Notes: generated by a model not told the origin, from the sequence alone. A stretch of 64,000 bases of DNA from Elusimicrobiota bacterium (GCA_043827405.1 JBDRPD010000050.1:96001-160000), one strand, 5' to 3'; numbered from the stretch's first letter, positions 47,315 through 57,245 are shown. Numbers and translations are program-made.

Positions 47315-50300
47315 GCACGGGCTACGAGGTAGCAGAGCCAATCCTCAACAAACCATTCGAGGAACCCTTGGCCCATTGGTTTATTTTGGAGGGTGCCGAG
47401 CCCCAGGTGCGGGATGGGCGCCGTCCTGCCCTCGTCTATCCTCCCAGGGAGGAAGGTACTCCCTGGAATTTGGCAGATGGAACGCTGATCGCATCCAAAT
47501 CGTACAAACCTGCGTACGAGATGGTTCTCGTTAATCGCATACGCGCGCGAATTGAAAGCTGGCGCAAGCAGGGTTATCCGGGGGTCTCTCGAATAACTCT
47601 GGAACTCATTCAGTGGTGGAGACGTGAGGGGCGCCAGACGCGACTTTTTTTCGCTCAGCTAGAGGCCGCCGAGTCAATCATTTTCCTCCGCGAGGCCCGC
47701 AAGGACTTCCTTCAGGGGATCGATATCCCCGCAGATGAACCCAGCGAACAGCAGAAGGCCGAGGGGAAGACTGCCTTCCTCCGCTACGCCTGTAAGATGG
47801 CGACGGGATCAGGTAAGACGATGGTTATGGGGATGCTCTCAGCGTGGAGCATTCTCAATAAGATCAACAATCGTAGCGATGCCAGATTCTCAGACGTAGT
47901 GCTCGTCGTCTGCCCGAACGTAACAATCCGCAATCGTCTTCAAGAACTGAACCCGGCTAACGGTGAGTCGAGCATCTACCGGACACGGGACCTCGTTCCT
48001 CCGCACTTGATGCCGGGCCTTGTCAGAGGTCGGGTCTTGGTTACTAATTGGCACATCTTCGAGCCTCAAACCGTCCAGATTGGTGGGGCCGGGGCCAAGG
48101 TCCTTAAAGCTGGACGGCCCGTTCGCGTACGCGAGAAGATCAAGATCGGTCAGAAGACAACCACCGCACGGGGAACGCGGTACTTGTCGGGGAAGGATTT
48201 TAGTCAACAGGTCGCCGCTGGGATGCTTCAAGTCATTGAAGAAAAGAAGGATGATTCCGGAAACTTGAAAGAAGTGGTTGTCGAATCCATGAAATATGTC
48301 GAGAGCGATACGAAGCTCATTCAGCGTGTCCTTGGTCGTCGGGTCGGTGGCAAGCAGAATATTCTTATCATGAATGACGAGGCACATCACGCCTACCGCA
48401 TCCACCGCCCGGAGGCAGACGAAGGCGAGGAGAATACCTTCGGGGACGCGAAGGAGGCCGACGAGTTTTTCAAAGAGGCTACTGTCTGGATCGACGGGCT
48501 TGACCGCATCCATAAGCACCGGGGGATAAATTTTTGCGTGGACCTCTCGGCGACACCCTTCTTCCTAGGTAGAGTCGGGCACGACACGAACCGCCCGTTC
48601 CCCTGGGTCGTCAGTGACTTCGGCCTCGTTGATGCAATCGAGTCGGGACTTGTTAAGATTCCTCAGCTTGCCATCAGAGACACAACAGGGGCTGAGATTC
48701 CCGGCTACTTCAATATTTGGCGCTGGTTGATGGAGAAGCTGACTCCGGCGGAGCGCGGCGGCAAGAAGGCCAGCCCCAAGCCCGAGGCCGTGCTCAAGTG
48801 GGCACACACGCCGCTCGCCATGCTCGGAGGTCTCTGGGACGAGCTTCGGGAGGAGTGGGAAAAGGTTGAGACCGACGACACGCGCCCTCCTGTATTTATC
48901 CTTGTCTGCAAGAATACGAAAATCGCCAAGCTCATGTTTGAGTGGATCGCCGAGGGCAACGCGCCAGCAGGACTACCTCCCGCCAAGATCGAAGGGTTTC
49001 AGAATAAAGACGGGCAAATCAACACGATCCGCGTAGACACAAAAGTCGTCCACGAGACCGATACCGGGGGCGCCAAGAGCGACGAGGTCCAGTGGATGCG
49101 CGTTACGCTCGACACGGCAGGGACCGCCATGTGGCCTACCGACCGCCAGGGTCGCCCGATCTACCCCCAGGGATTCGAGGTTCTGGCCAAGAAGCTCAAG
49201 CGCCCCTTGCATCCTCCGGGCCGCGACATCCGTTGTATTGTGAGCGTCGGGATGCTGACCGAGGGCTGGGACTGCAATACCGTCACCCACATCATTGGTC
49301 TGCGACCTTTCATGAGCCAGTTGCTCTGCGAGCAGGTCGTGGGACGAGGTCTGCGCCGAAAGAGCTACGAAATCGGAGAAGACGGGCGCTTCACCGAGGA
49401 GGTCGCCAAGGTCCTCGGAGTCCCATTTGAGGTGATCCCATTCAAAGCCAATGCGACAGGCCCACAACCCCCAAGGCCCAAGCCCAATCACATCCATGCG
49501 ATTCCGGGCAAGGATCGGTTCTCCATCGAGTTCCCCCGCGTTGAGGGCTACACTCAGGCGATCCGCAACCACATTACCGTGGACTGGAGGAACGTCCCTC
49601 CGGTCAGCCTGGAGCCGGGCAAGATTCCACCTGAGGTCGAGGTGGCGGGCCTCAACATCAACAACAAGGGACGCTTTTCGTTGAGCGGTCCGCACAAGGC
49701 CGATTTGGTCACGCTCCAGGAGTTCCGGGCGGGTCGCCGAGAGCAGGAACTGGTCTTCGATCTGGCCGGGGACCTAACCAGGGAATACATGGCGCAAGGA
49801 CGCTACGAGTCACCCGCCCACGTTTTATTTCCTCAGGTGGTTCAGATCGTCCGCCGTTATCTAGACGAGAAGGTGAACGTTAGTCCGCCCGCCGACCTGA
49901 AGGACATCTTCCTGTCGCCTTATTATGGTTGGGTGATTGAGAAACTCCGTGACGCGATCCGTCCAGATACAGAGCAGGGTGAGGCACCTGAAGTCCCTCG
50001 CTATGAAAGTAGCCGTGGCCCTGGCTCGACTGCTGATGTGGATTTCTGGACAAGTCGCCCGGTCCGAGAAGTACGGAACTGCCACCTCAACTACGCTGTC
50101 GCCGATACAAAGCGGTGGGAGCAGGCGGCGGCCTACTACATAGATACGCACCCCAAGATCGATGCCTTCGTTAAGAACTCTGGACTTGGGTTTTCAATCC
50201 CGTACTTCCACAATGGCCAGCCTCACGACTACATCCCGGACTTTATCATCCGCCTCAAGAAGCCAAAGGGACACACGCTCATTATCGAGACTAAGGGATT

Positions 50301-50445
50301 CGATGAGCTAGAAAAAGTCAAAGCGGCGGCGGCTGAGAGATGGGTAGCGGCAGTCAATGCTGACGGTTCCCACGGGCAGTGGAGCTATGCCGTTGCCAAG
50401 AAACCCGAGAAGGTCCGACAGATCATCACCGAAGCGGCTCTGTAG
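47311..50445 (+). CDS. res: Type III R-M restriction subunit (Res), SF2 helicase + PD-(D/E)xK nuclease
   Basis: KMATGSGKT, NDEAHH, LTEGWD, EQVVGRGLRR, YIPDF..IIETKG. Confidence 0.92.
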   Translation: MSTGYEVAEPILNKPFEEPLAHWFILEGAEPQVRDGRRPALVYPPREEGTPWNLADGTLIASKSYKPAYEMVLVNRIRARIESWRKQGYPGVSRITLELIQWWRREGRQTRLFFAQLEAAESIIFLREARKDFLQGIDIPADEPSEQQKAEGKTAFLRYACKMATGSGKTMVMGMLSAWSILNKINNRSDARFSDVVLVVCPNVTIRNRLQELNPANGESSIYRTRDLVPPHLMPGLVRGRVLVTNWHIFEPQTVQIGGAGAKVLKAGRPVRVREKIKIGQKTTTARGTRYLSGKDFSQQVAAGMLQVIEEKKDDSGNLKEVVVESMKYVESDTKLIQRVLGRRVGGKQNILIMNDEAHHAYRIHRPEADEGEENTFGDAKEADEFFKEATVWIDGLDRIHKHRGINFCVDLSATPFFLGRVGHDTNRPFPWVVSDFGLVDAIESGLVKIPQLAIRDTTGAEIPGYFNIWRWLMEKLTPAERGGKKASPKPEAVLKWAHTPLAMLGGLWDELREEWEKVETDDTRPPVFILVCKNTKIAKLMFEWIAEGNAPAGLPPAKIEGFQNKDGQINTIRVDTKVVHETDTGGAKSDEVQWMRVTLDTAGTAMWPTDRQGRPIYPQGFEVLAKKLKRPLHPPGRDIRCIVSVGMLTEGWDCNTVTHIIGLRPFMSQLLCEQVVGRGLRRKSYEIGEDGRFTEEVAKVLGVPFEVIPFKANATGPQPPRPKPNHIHAIPGKDRFSIEFPRVEGYTQAIRNHITVDWRNVPPVSLEPGKIPPEVEVAGLNINNKGRFSLSGPHKADLVTLQEFRAGRREQELVFDLAGDLTREYMAQGRYESPAHVLFPQVVQIVRRYLDEKVNVSPPADLKDIFLSPYYGWVIEKLRDAIRPDTEQGEAPEVPRYESSRGPGSTADVDFWTSRPVREVRNCHLNYAVADTKRWEQAAAYYIDTHPKIDAFVKNSGLGFSIPYFHNGQPHDYIPDFIIRLKKPKGHTLIIETKGFDELEKVKAAAAERWVAAVNADGSHGQWSYAVAKKPEKVRQIITEAAL

Positions 50446-50464
50446 ACCCCATCCTAGAACATTC

Positions 50465-50839
50465 CTAGGTTTTGAGCAGAAGCCTAAGGCCCTTGATCTT
50501 TTGGGGATCACGGAGCTTGGAGAGGGCGGCCAGCAGATCGGCTTTCTGCCCCCGCGTCATGCTCCTGAGGATCGCGGCAAAGCGTCGATCCATGTCGTTG
50601 CGGCGCCCGCCCTCCTTCTCGCCGCTTCCTCGAAATAGTTCCTCGGGAGCCACCCCCAAGCCCCGGGCGATCTTCTCCAGCGTCTTGAGGCTCGGAGACT
50701 TTCTGCCGATCGTGATGTGCGACAGGTAGCCCGCATCAACCCCTGACGCCCCAGCAAGCTGTTCAATGGTCAGCCCTCGGCGGTCTCGCCATTCGCGGAT
50801 TCCCCTCGCTACAGTTTCCAACAGTCCTTTGTTTTTCAT
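50465..50839 (-). CDS. XRE-family HTH regulator
   Basis: RDRRGLTIEQLAGASGVDAGYLSHI..GRKSPSLKTLEKIARGL. Confidence 0.88.
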   Translation of the reverse strand: MKNKGLLETVARGIREWRDRRGLTIEQLAGASGVDAGYLSHITIGRKSPSLKTLEKIARGLGVAPEELFRGSGEKEGGRRNDMDRRFAAILRSMTRGQKADLLAALSKLRDPQKIKGLRLLLKT

Positions 50840-50913
50840 GACTAGATGGTATGGTAAGGACTTTACCCTCATGGGACCACGCTCCTAATGGTCATGCTCG
50901 TATTTTGTCCATA

Positions 50914-50942
50914 TTGACATGACTTGATCTGGCTGTTATCCT
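50914..50942 (+). promoter_or_regulatory. Sigma70 promoter with extended -10
   Basis: TTGACA (50914) - 17 nt - TATCCT (50937) preceded by TGn. Confidence 0.6.
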
Positions 50943-51059
50943 ATGGCCTTCCGCGCCCACGGCACGAGATGAGCCATGGGCGGACGGTGAACCTTTGCGG
51001 ATTCGTGGCGCGACAGACAGCGGACCCATCCGACTCCTCGCAAAGCTCCAAATTTCATA

Positions 51060-51971
51060 ATGAAAAGAATTGCGTTATGCCTGGCTCTCTTACTTCCTGC
51101 CTCCGGGTGCCGAGAGAAGATCGATCCCGCAACGATCGACGGCCAACTCCGCTCCGCTTGGGGACGAATCAGCGATAAAAATTACGTCCGAGTTCGAGGC
51201 GTGGGGGTCCCTCCCGACAACGCCCAGGGCCAGACACGCCGCCGAGCACTGGCTAGAGAGTCGGCGCTCATAGCCGCTCGGCTTGAAATGCTCCGAGTAA
51301 TTAAAGGCGTCCATCTTAAGGGCAATATTACCGTCGGAGCCGCAATGGTCCGACATTCGCAAATTCGCGAAATAGCAGACCGCTTAGTCCGAGGCGCGGA
51401 AGAAATTCAGACCGAGTGGATTGATTTCGACGACTCCTGCGTCGTCACACTCGAACTCCGCCGCGACCGCGTGAAGAAGCTGATCGAAGAAGATAAGCCC
51501 TACGAACCGATACCGCTTCGTGAACGCCAGGAGAGGCTCCTGCGTTTTCCAGGGATGTCTGCCGTCACCGATCGCCCACAAGCCCCGCTCGGGATGAAGC
51601 GGGTCCGGCACGGCAAGAGTCCGGACACGGCCTTGGCGCTTGGGCTAATCTTCCCGGGCCTCGGACAAGTCTATGGAGGCGATACGGGATCAGAGAGTGG
51701 ACGGGGATTGTATTCGATGCTGGCCGTGATCACGTTGGTCGGGGTCGGCGCCGAGATCGGCCACGATCGCAAAACTGGGGAGGTCGGCTCGAATGGGCAC
51801 GAGGTTGTCAAAAAAGGCAACCAATCAGCAGGCTACGCACTATACGGGTTGGCCGGAGCGGTTCACTTGTGGGCCGCCGCCGATGGGCGGAAAATGGCCG
51901 ACGCCAATGGAAGCTGGACCCTGGTTCCAGACCGTGGAGGCGCGAGACTCAGCTTCTCGAAAAAATTTTGA
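51060..51971 (+). CDS. Lipoprotein with LPP20-like domain and C-terminal membrane segments
   Basis: Lipobox ASGC; VRVRGVG..RRALARESA..AR.EML..IKGV; C-terminal SP..AL.LG..FPGLGQVY. Confidence 0.7.
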   Translation: MKRIALCLALLLPASGCREKIDPATIDGQLRSAWGRISDKNYVRVRGVGVPPDNAQGQTRRRALARESALIAARLEMLRVIKGVHLKGNITVGAAMVRHSQIREIADRLVRGAEEIQTEWIDFDDSCVVTLELRRDRVKKLIEEDKPYEPIPLRERQERLLRFPGMSAVTDRPQAPLGMKRVRHGKSPDTALALGLIFPGLGQVYGGDTGSESGRGLYSMLAVITLVGVGAEIGHDRKTGEVGSNGHEVVKKGNQSAGYALYGLAGAVHLWAAADGRKMADANGSWTLVPDRGGARLSFSKKF

Positions 51972-52041
51972 TCATGCACGGTGCCACCCACTATAACACG
52001 ATCAACCTGAAGGACGCTCGGTTAGGCGCGAGGCTAATCAG

Positions 52042-53259
52042 ATGACTCGATATTGGGTGCGAATCTCAAAACAGTCTCGCGGCCCCTTCACTCCTGAGGA
52101 GTTCAGAAACCTCGATGGCATATCCGAAGACTCAATGGTCTTCCGCGACGGCGCGACAGACAAATCTGCCTGGAAACGCCTACGAGAGGTCCCCGAGCTA
52201 CTGCGAATAATAAAGAAGACCGCGCCCGCTCCGCGCCCACTACCTTCTCCGCAGTCCATCAAGAAGCCTCCGGCGCAAACCACCCCCCGACAAGAGGATT
52301 CGCCGCCACAACAATCGAGGTCGAAGTTGCCCCTTGTTGGCGGCATTCTCCTCGTCGCCCTGATCGCTGGCGGGGGCGGGGGCGGCTACTGGTGGATTCA
52401 GCGACAGAAGCCTGAGGGCGTTGCTAAGCGGTATCTTGCGGCTCTGAAGTCGCGTGAATATAAAAAAGCCTACGAGCTTTTGAGCGACGTGACCAAAGCG
52501 CACACGGAATCATCGGCATTCGAGAGCTACCAGCGCCGATCGGGCGCAAAGGAATGGAGCTTCGAGTCCGTGGCTCTGAAGCGCAGATTGGATGATCACG
52601 TTGTCATGGTGGGCTATGTTATGGCCGTCGCCGAGAAAAAATCAGAAGTCCAACTGTTACTTGTCGAGGATCGTGGCGCATGGAGGGTCGCTCATTCCGC
52701 GACTCTATTTGATCACATGGATGAAGCGGAAGCGAAAAAGGATTATGCCGAGGTCATCAAGACCATACAAAATCTCTATGAAATATCTCCGGGGGGGAAC
52801 GGATTTCTCGATGTCCAACTTGCGATCGCCTACGTCAATAAGGCTGTAAATATGCAACCCGGACCAGGAAAGGACTTGGCCCTTCGTGAAGCGGTCGTAG
52901 TCGCCAGGAAAGCGGCCAGCGGTTCTCCGAACAACTATAGCGCCCTGAGCATACTGGCCCTGGCCCAAAGGAACGCGGAATTGCTGGATGACGCACAGTC
53001 TATATACTCAAAGGCTCTGGGTCTCGCCGAAACGCCCCGAGAGAAGGCGAAGTCTCTGCTTGGTCGGGCCATATGTAGGGCAGGGTTAATGCAGGGCATG
53101 ACGAATCCAAATAAGATGATGACGGAACTTAAGGCTATTATCGATGACCTAAAAAAGGCGAGACAGTTGGACCCTGGCAATGTCGAGGTCCAGCAAGTTT
53201 TGACGAGGTTAAGGCACGATCCCATGGTGAGACTTCTTGAGAAAAAAGGGCGTCCTTGA
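52042..53259 (+). CDS. GYF_2-like domain, Pro-rich linker, TM and TPR protein
   Basis: YWVR..QSRGPFT.EE..GIS.DSMVFRDG...W..L.EVPEL; TM; TPR-like C-terminus. Confidence 0.75.
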   Translation: MTRYWVRISKQSRGPFTPEEFRNLDGISEDSMVFRDGATDKSAWKRLREVPELLRIIKKTAPAPRPLPSPQSIKKPPAQTTPRQEDSPPQQSRSKLPLVGGILLVALIAGGGGGGYWWIQRQKPEGVAKRYLAALKSREYKKAYELLSDVTKAHTESSAFESYQRRSGAKEWSFESVALKRRLDDHVVMVGYVMAVAEKKSEVQLLLVEDRGAWRVAHSATLFDHMDEAEAKKDYAEVIKTIQNLYEISPGGNGFLDVQLAIAYVNKAVNMQPGPGKDLALREAVVVARKAASGSPNNYSALSILALAQRNAELLDDAQSIYSKALGLAETPREKAKSLLGRAICRAGLMQGMTNPNKMMTELKAIIDDLKKARQLDPGNVEVQQVLTRLRHDPMVRLLEKKGRP

Positions 53260-53392
53260 AAATTCGAGCTTCGCCTGTTATTCTTATGAGTACATCCCCA
53301 CATCCCCCCCGAAGTTCGGGGGTCTTGTTTCCACAACCACACCACATCTAGTTGCGACTCCTCGGGAGTACGGACATTCTTTGCCATAGGAT

Positions 53393-53929
53393 TTGACCGC
53401 CCGGGACTTCGGGACGGGCGGCGTCGAGGGTTTTGTTATCCCTGATTGGGAGGAAATTCTGATTCGCACAAGGATCGAGCCTGATAGTTCCGTCCGCGAT
53501 GGCGCGGGTCTGCCACAACTTCTGAAGCGAGTCGCCGACTTGGCCAAGCGCGAACTACTGACCTGCCAGGAGTTCACGACGACATACACAGGCTTCTCCT
53601 CCGAAAAGCGATTCGTGATCGACGGATTGCCGCCTTACGGTCCGAACCGAGCGGATGCCGTTTTTGAGGTTCACCGCATTCTTGAGCGGTTAGGGCCGGA
53701 GGTCGTTTTCGTCGTGGACATCGTGCGGTGCTCTGACCGGGTGCTGGGAACTCAGCACAGGCTGGTGGTCGCCGGGCGGGCGGCCCGGCGACGAGAATGC
53801 TCCATCTCGATGACGATTGCGAGGGGTCCCGGTGGTGGGTGGAAATTCGTTGGGGGAAAGGAAGTCCGCGATTCCGAACGAGGGCACCACGTCCACATAC
53901 CTTCCCTATTTTGGGAGGCAACCCCGTGA
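53393..53929 (+). CDS. Hypothetical protein
   Basis: 178-aa ORF whose stop overlaps the next GTG start. Confidence 0.5.
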   Translation: MTARDFGTGGVEGFVIPDWEEILIRTRIEPDSSVRDGAGLPQLLKRVADLAKRELLTCQEFTTTYTGFSSEKRFVIDGLPPYGPNRADAVFEVHRILERLGPEVVFVVDIVRCSDRVLGTQHRLVVAGRAARRRECSISMTIARGPGGGWKFVGGKEVRDSERGHHVHIPSLFWEATP

Positions 53930-54057
53930 AGCTCGTTAAAATGGACGCCCCGATCCAGCCCAGGAACATGGTCATCGTCTCCATGCGGGGGAAGCTCTCC
54001 CCGCGTCGGGCAGTCATCAGGGCGTGCGAGCGTGTGCTGGCCGGGAAGACTGAGTAA
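53926..54057 (+). CDS. 43-aa micro-protein, copy 1
   Basis: GGGAGG RBS, GTG start; paralog of 54942..55163. Confidence 0.6.
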   Translation: MKLVKMDAPIQPRNMVIVSMRGKLSPRRAVIRACERVLAGKTE

Positions 54058-54067
54058 GGAGGATGTC

Positions 54068-54406
54068 ATGGAAGACCCTATAAGCTCACCGAATCATCGA
54101 GTCGGAGCAATGCGAAGAATTGCCTATACCTTCGCCGATACGGCGAATGAAATAGCCACGATCAATGCCGCTGGCTATAGCACTGCGGAGACGGTTAAGC
54201 GCTTAAATGAAATCCTTCTTCGGACTTGGCGCATGGAAATGGAGGACCCCAAGGCGCCAAAGATGCAGGTCTACATCAGGCGTTTCGACGACCAGACCTT
54301 CATCGATAAAATCTGGCAACCACTGGATGACACTTATGGGAAGGTCGGTCTCTATTCGATCGAGGAGTTGGAGGAAAAAACCGGACGCATGAGGAATGTT
54401 CAGTGA
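54068..54406 (+). CDS. Hypothetical protein
   Basis: AAGGAGG RBS; GTGA overlap with the next gene. Confidence 0.65.
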   Translation: MEDPISSPNHRVGAMRRIAYTFADTANEIATINAAGYSTAETVKRLNEILLRTWRMEMEDPKAPKMQVYIRRFDDQTFIDKIWQPLDDTYGKVGLYSIEELEEKTGRMRNVQ

Positions 54407-54939
54407 CGGCGTCCAGGGACGCTCTACGCACGGCGGAGGCGAGACTCCTTCGGGACGCCGTTTCCGCATCCCGGTTTATCCGGCCAGACAACCCGGATTT
54501 GGCACACAGGTTGGACTATGGTGTTATCGGCTTAGTGACGGCAATGACCTTCGGTCAAAGGCTAGGGGTTGCTTCACTTGAGGGCTGTGATGATGCGGAA
54601 CTGCGGCAGGCCCTAGCTAAGACCAAGTCCGAGATGGGTATCGACATCGCCGAGCTTGCCCATCTAATCGTGTCGTGGCCGTCAGATTCTCTGGAGCCGA
54701 TTATCTTCTCCTTTGAGCCATCAGCCAATCGGAAGATTGCAAGAAGGATTCTCTGCCTGATGAAAGACCTTGGGCGCTGTAGCCATCCAAATTGGTATCA
54801 CCGGGTCATCTTCTCGTTTTTGGAAATCTTCGTGGATAGGCCCATCCTCGTCCCAATCCAGTGGCTAGGTGATCGCATGGGACTCAATGTGGGTCCACTC
54901 CAGATGCGGATTCTTAGGTGGACTTCAAGGTTGCTGTAG
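54403..54939 (+). CDS. Hypothetical protein
   Basis: Coupled to the upstream gene; 178 aa. Confidence 0.55.
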   Translation: MTASRDALRTAEARLLRDAVSASRFIRPDNPDLAHRLDYGVIGLVTAMTFGQRLGVASLEGCDDAELRQALAKTKSEMGIDIAELAHLIVSWPSDSLEPIIFSFEPSANRKIARRILCLMKDLGRCSHPNWYHRVIFSFLEIFVDRPILVPIQWLGDRMGLNVGPLQMRILRWTSRLL

Positions 54940-54941
54940 TT

Positions 54942-55163
54942 ATGACCGATCCGATCCGACCAGCCCGAAACTGCGTCATCGTCTCGATGCGCGGGAAGCT
55001 CACTCCGCGCCGGGCGATCGTCAGGGCGTGTGAACTCGTGCTGGCCGCAGTCCAGGCGTCCGTGCCGTTCCTACGGCCAACCCCTCAGCCGAAGGCAACC
55101 GCCGGGCTCACCCGGGCCGCAATCACTAAGATCAGGGCCGAGCGTCTAAGAGTACGAGGATAA
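54942..55163 (+). CDS. Micro-protein, copy 2
   Basis: MTDPIRPARNCVIVSMRGKLTPRRAIVRACELVLA; paralog of 53926..54057. Confidence 0.6.
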   Translation: MTDPIRPARNCVIVSMRGKLTPRRAIVRACELVLAAVQASVPFLRPTPQPKATAGLTRAAITKIRAERLRVRG

Positions 55164-55293
55164 TAAGTTTGAAAAATTTCTCAGAAAATTTCTCTTGGTC
55201 CCTTATGTGTTTCCGCATTCAGGGGGCCAAAGAGTTGTCGGGCACCCCCACCCCCCATGCCCCTTGTGAAATTATCAAACGCAGGAGGGATGA

Positions 55294-55938
55294 ATGAAGA
55301 AATGCCGAACCGCAATCTACGCCCGTGTCTCGTCGAAGAAAGACCAAACTCCTGAGAACCAGCTTCTCGAACTTCGACGTTACGCCGAAGCTCGCGGCTG
55401 GACCATATTCGAGGAGTTTGTCGATCACGGCGTCAGCGGCGCCAAGGATAGCCGACCCGCACTCAATCGGCTGATGGACGCGGCACGAAAGCGCAAGATC
55501 GATCGCATTCTCGTCTCCCGGTTTGACCGCTTCGGGCGTTCGGTTAAGCATCTCATTCTCTCGCTAGAGGAGTTCCGCACTCTTGGCGTCGAGTTTACAA
55601 GCCTGGCCGACAACATCGACACAGCAACTCCCATGGGTCGGATGGCTTTCACGATGATCGCGGCAGTGGCTCAATTTGAACGTGAGCTTATCCGTGAGCG
55701 TATCCATTCAGGGCTCCGTAGAGCGCGAGCCCAGGGCAAGAGGCTCGGGCGCCCCCGGAAGGCCGTGGATGACTCTATGGTTCTTGTGCTGAGGAAACGA
55801 GGCCAGTCCCTGCGCCAGATCGGTCGGTCGCTCGGAATAAGCAAAGACGCTGTCGCCAACATACTGTCTGTAATGGGTACGAGAAACGGTGCGGGGTCCT
55901 CGTCGGGGCCAATCATCGAAAAAGGCCTGTCTGCATAG
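55294..55938 (+). CDS. Serine recombinase (resolvase/invertase) with C-terminal HTH
   Basis: AIYARVSS..Q, DHGVSG, RFDRFGRS, ERELIRER..GL..AR..G.RLGRP. Confidence 0.93.
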   Translation: MKKCRTAIYARVSSKKDQTPENQLLELRRYAEARGWTIFEEFVDHGVSGAKDSRPALNRLMDAARKRKIDRILVSRFDRFGRSVKHLILSLEEFRTLGVEFTSLADNIDTATPMGRMAFTMIAAVAQFERELIRERIHSGLRRARAQGKRLGRPRKAVDDSMVLVLRKRGQSLRQIGRSLGISKDAVANILSVMGTRNGAGSSSGPIIEKGLSA

Positions 55939-55940
55939 AA

Positions 55941-56849
55941 ATGATTCCAGACATCAATAAGGATCACAACTTCACCCCGGCAAGCGAGTCAGCCCCTGCC
56001 GCGCTCCGCAGGATCGAGGGCCTTGGGAGATGGCGACCGCCGCCGGGCCGTCAGACAGGACTAAAACAGGTGGACAAACTCACAGGCGGTCTTCCTGCCG
56101 GAGAGTTGACGCTGGTTGCAGGCCGTCCGTCTTCGGGGAAGTCCGTCCTGGCAAGCATGGTCGCGTACAAAGCCCTCATTGAGGAGAAGCCGCCCTGCGT
56201 CGCGTACTTCTCTCTCTCCGAGTCCCAGGAGAACCTCATATTGCGTTTTATCGCCCTGGAATCCAAGTGTGAGCTATTTGAATTACGCCACGCTTTCTTC
56301 AAGCGGACCAACTGGGGCTCGATCGAGTCTGCGGCCAAGGTGCTGGCCGAAGCTCCGCTTTTCATCGATGACAGCCCGTGCCTCACGGTGGCCGATCTCG
56401 CGGGCCGCTCCCGTGCCCTCGCAGACGAGTTGAAGGCCCGGAGCGAGAGCCTTGGCCTGGTCGTGATCGACTCCCTCGAACTCCTGAGATGCCGGACGGG
56501 AAGAATTGGCCAGCGTCCCAGTGAAATTGCCAGGGCCGCCAGAGCCGTTAAGAAGCTCGCCCGCGACACGGGCGCCGCCGTTGTCATCATCAGTCGCATC
56601 GAACCGCCTGCCGAGATTGTTGCCCTTGCGAAAGCTCCCAGCCTGGCTGACCTCGATGCCGCCATGCCCGCAGAGCGCTTGGCGGACCTCGTGATCATAA
56701 CCCATCGCCGACCGTGCTCAGAGAACATGGACCCCGAGCAGGAGGAGGCGGCAGAAATCATCATTGCCAGGAGCGCGGGGCCAACAGCGACTGTGCCCGT
56801 CATGTTCCACCCCCAGATGCCTATCTTCAAGGATTACCCTGCCGCCTGA
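55941..56849 (+). CDS. DnaB-like helicase C-terminal domain, degenerate
   Basis: TGL..VD.LTGG..GEL.LVAGRPSSGKS, APLFIDDS; no N-terminal domain; several conserved motifs altered. Confidence 0.8.
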   Translation: MIPDINKDHNFTPASESAPAALRRIEGLGRWRPPPGRQTGLKQVDKLTGGLPAGELTLVAGRPSSGKSVLASMVAYKALIEEKPPCVAYFSLSESQENLILRFIALESKCELFELRHAFFKRTNWGSIESAAKVLAEAPLFIDDSPCLTVADLAGRSRALADELKARSESLGLVVIDSLELLRCRTGRIGQRPSEIARAARAVKKLARDTGAAVVIISRIEPPAEIVALAKAPSLADLDAAMPAERLADLVIITHRRPCSENMDPEQEEAAEIIIARSAGPTATVPVMFHPQMPIFKDYPAA

Positions 56850-56882
56850 TACGGTCAAACGGGTATTATTTGGGAGCCCTCT

Positions 56883-57245
56883 ATGTCGAAAAACAAGAAG
56901 CGAGCCCTAATCGTTGAGGACGATCCGTCGTTGGCGCGAATATTTCCCCGGTTCCTCGGCGCTCTGGGCTGGAGTGCGACGGTGATCTCCAATGCCGATG
57001 CCGCGCTCAGGGTGTTCGAGCCCGGTCGCTATGATCTCGCGTTGATCGGCGTGGGTCTCGGCGACGGCATGGACGGCGTCGCGCTTGCCGGGTGCCTTCG
57101 TAATCGGGAGCCGTCGTTGCGGATTATGTTAACCTCGGGCGATCCATCCAGTCTCGTGCGGGCCGAGGGCGCAGGGTTCCACCTGTGTCTGCCTCAGCCA
57201 TTCACACAAGAGGAGCTTCAAGCTCTCATCGAGAGTCCTGCTTAG
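56883..57245 (+). CDS. Stand-alone response regulator receiver (pseudo-receiver)
   Basis: LIVEDD, MDG, IMLTSG; phosphoacceptor Asp replaced by Gly (LALIGVGL), KPF changed to QPF. Confidence 0.8.
   Translation: MSKNKKRALIVEDDPSLARIFPRFLGALGWSATVISNADAALRVFEPGRYDLALIGVGLGDGMDGVALAGCLRNREPSLRIMLTSGDPSSLVRAEGAGFHLCLPQPFTQEELQALIESPA

Noticed and set aside
53393..54939. Paralogy of the two 178-aa ORFs beginning MTA
   Set aside because: No alignable similarity beyond the first residues; equal length appears coincidental
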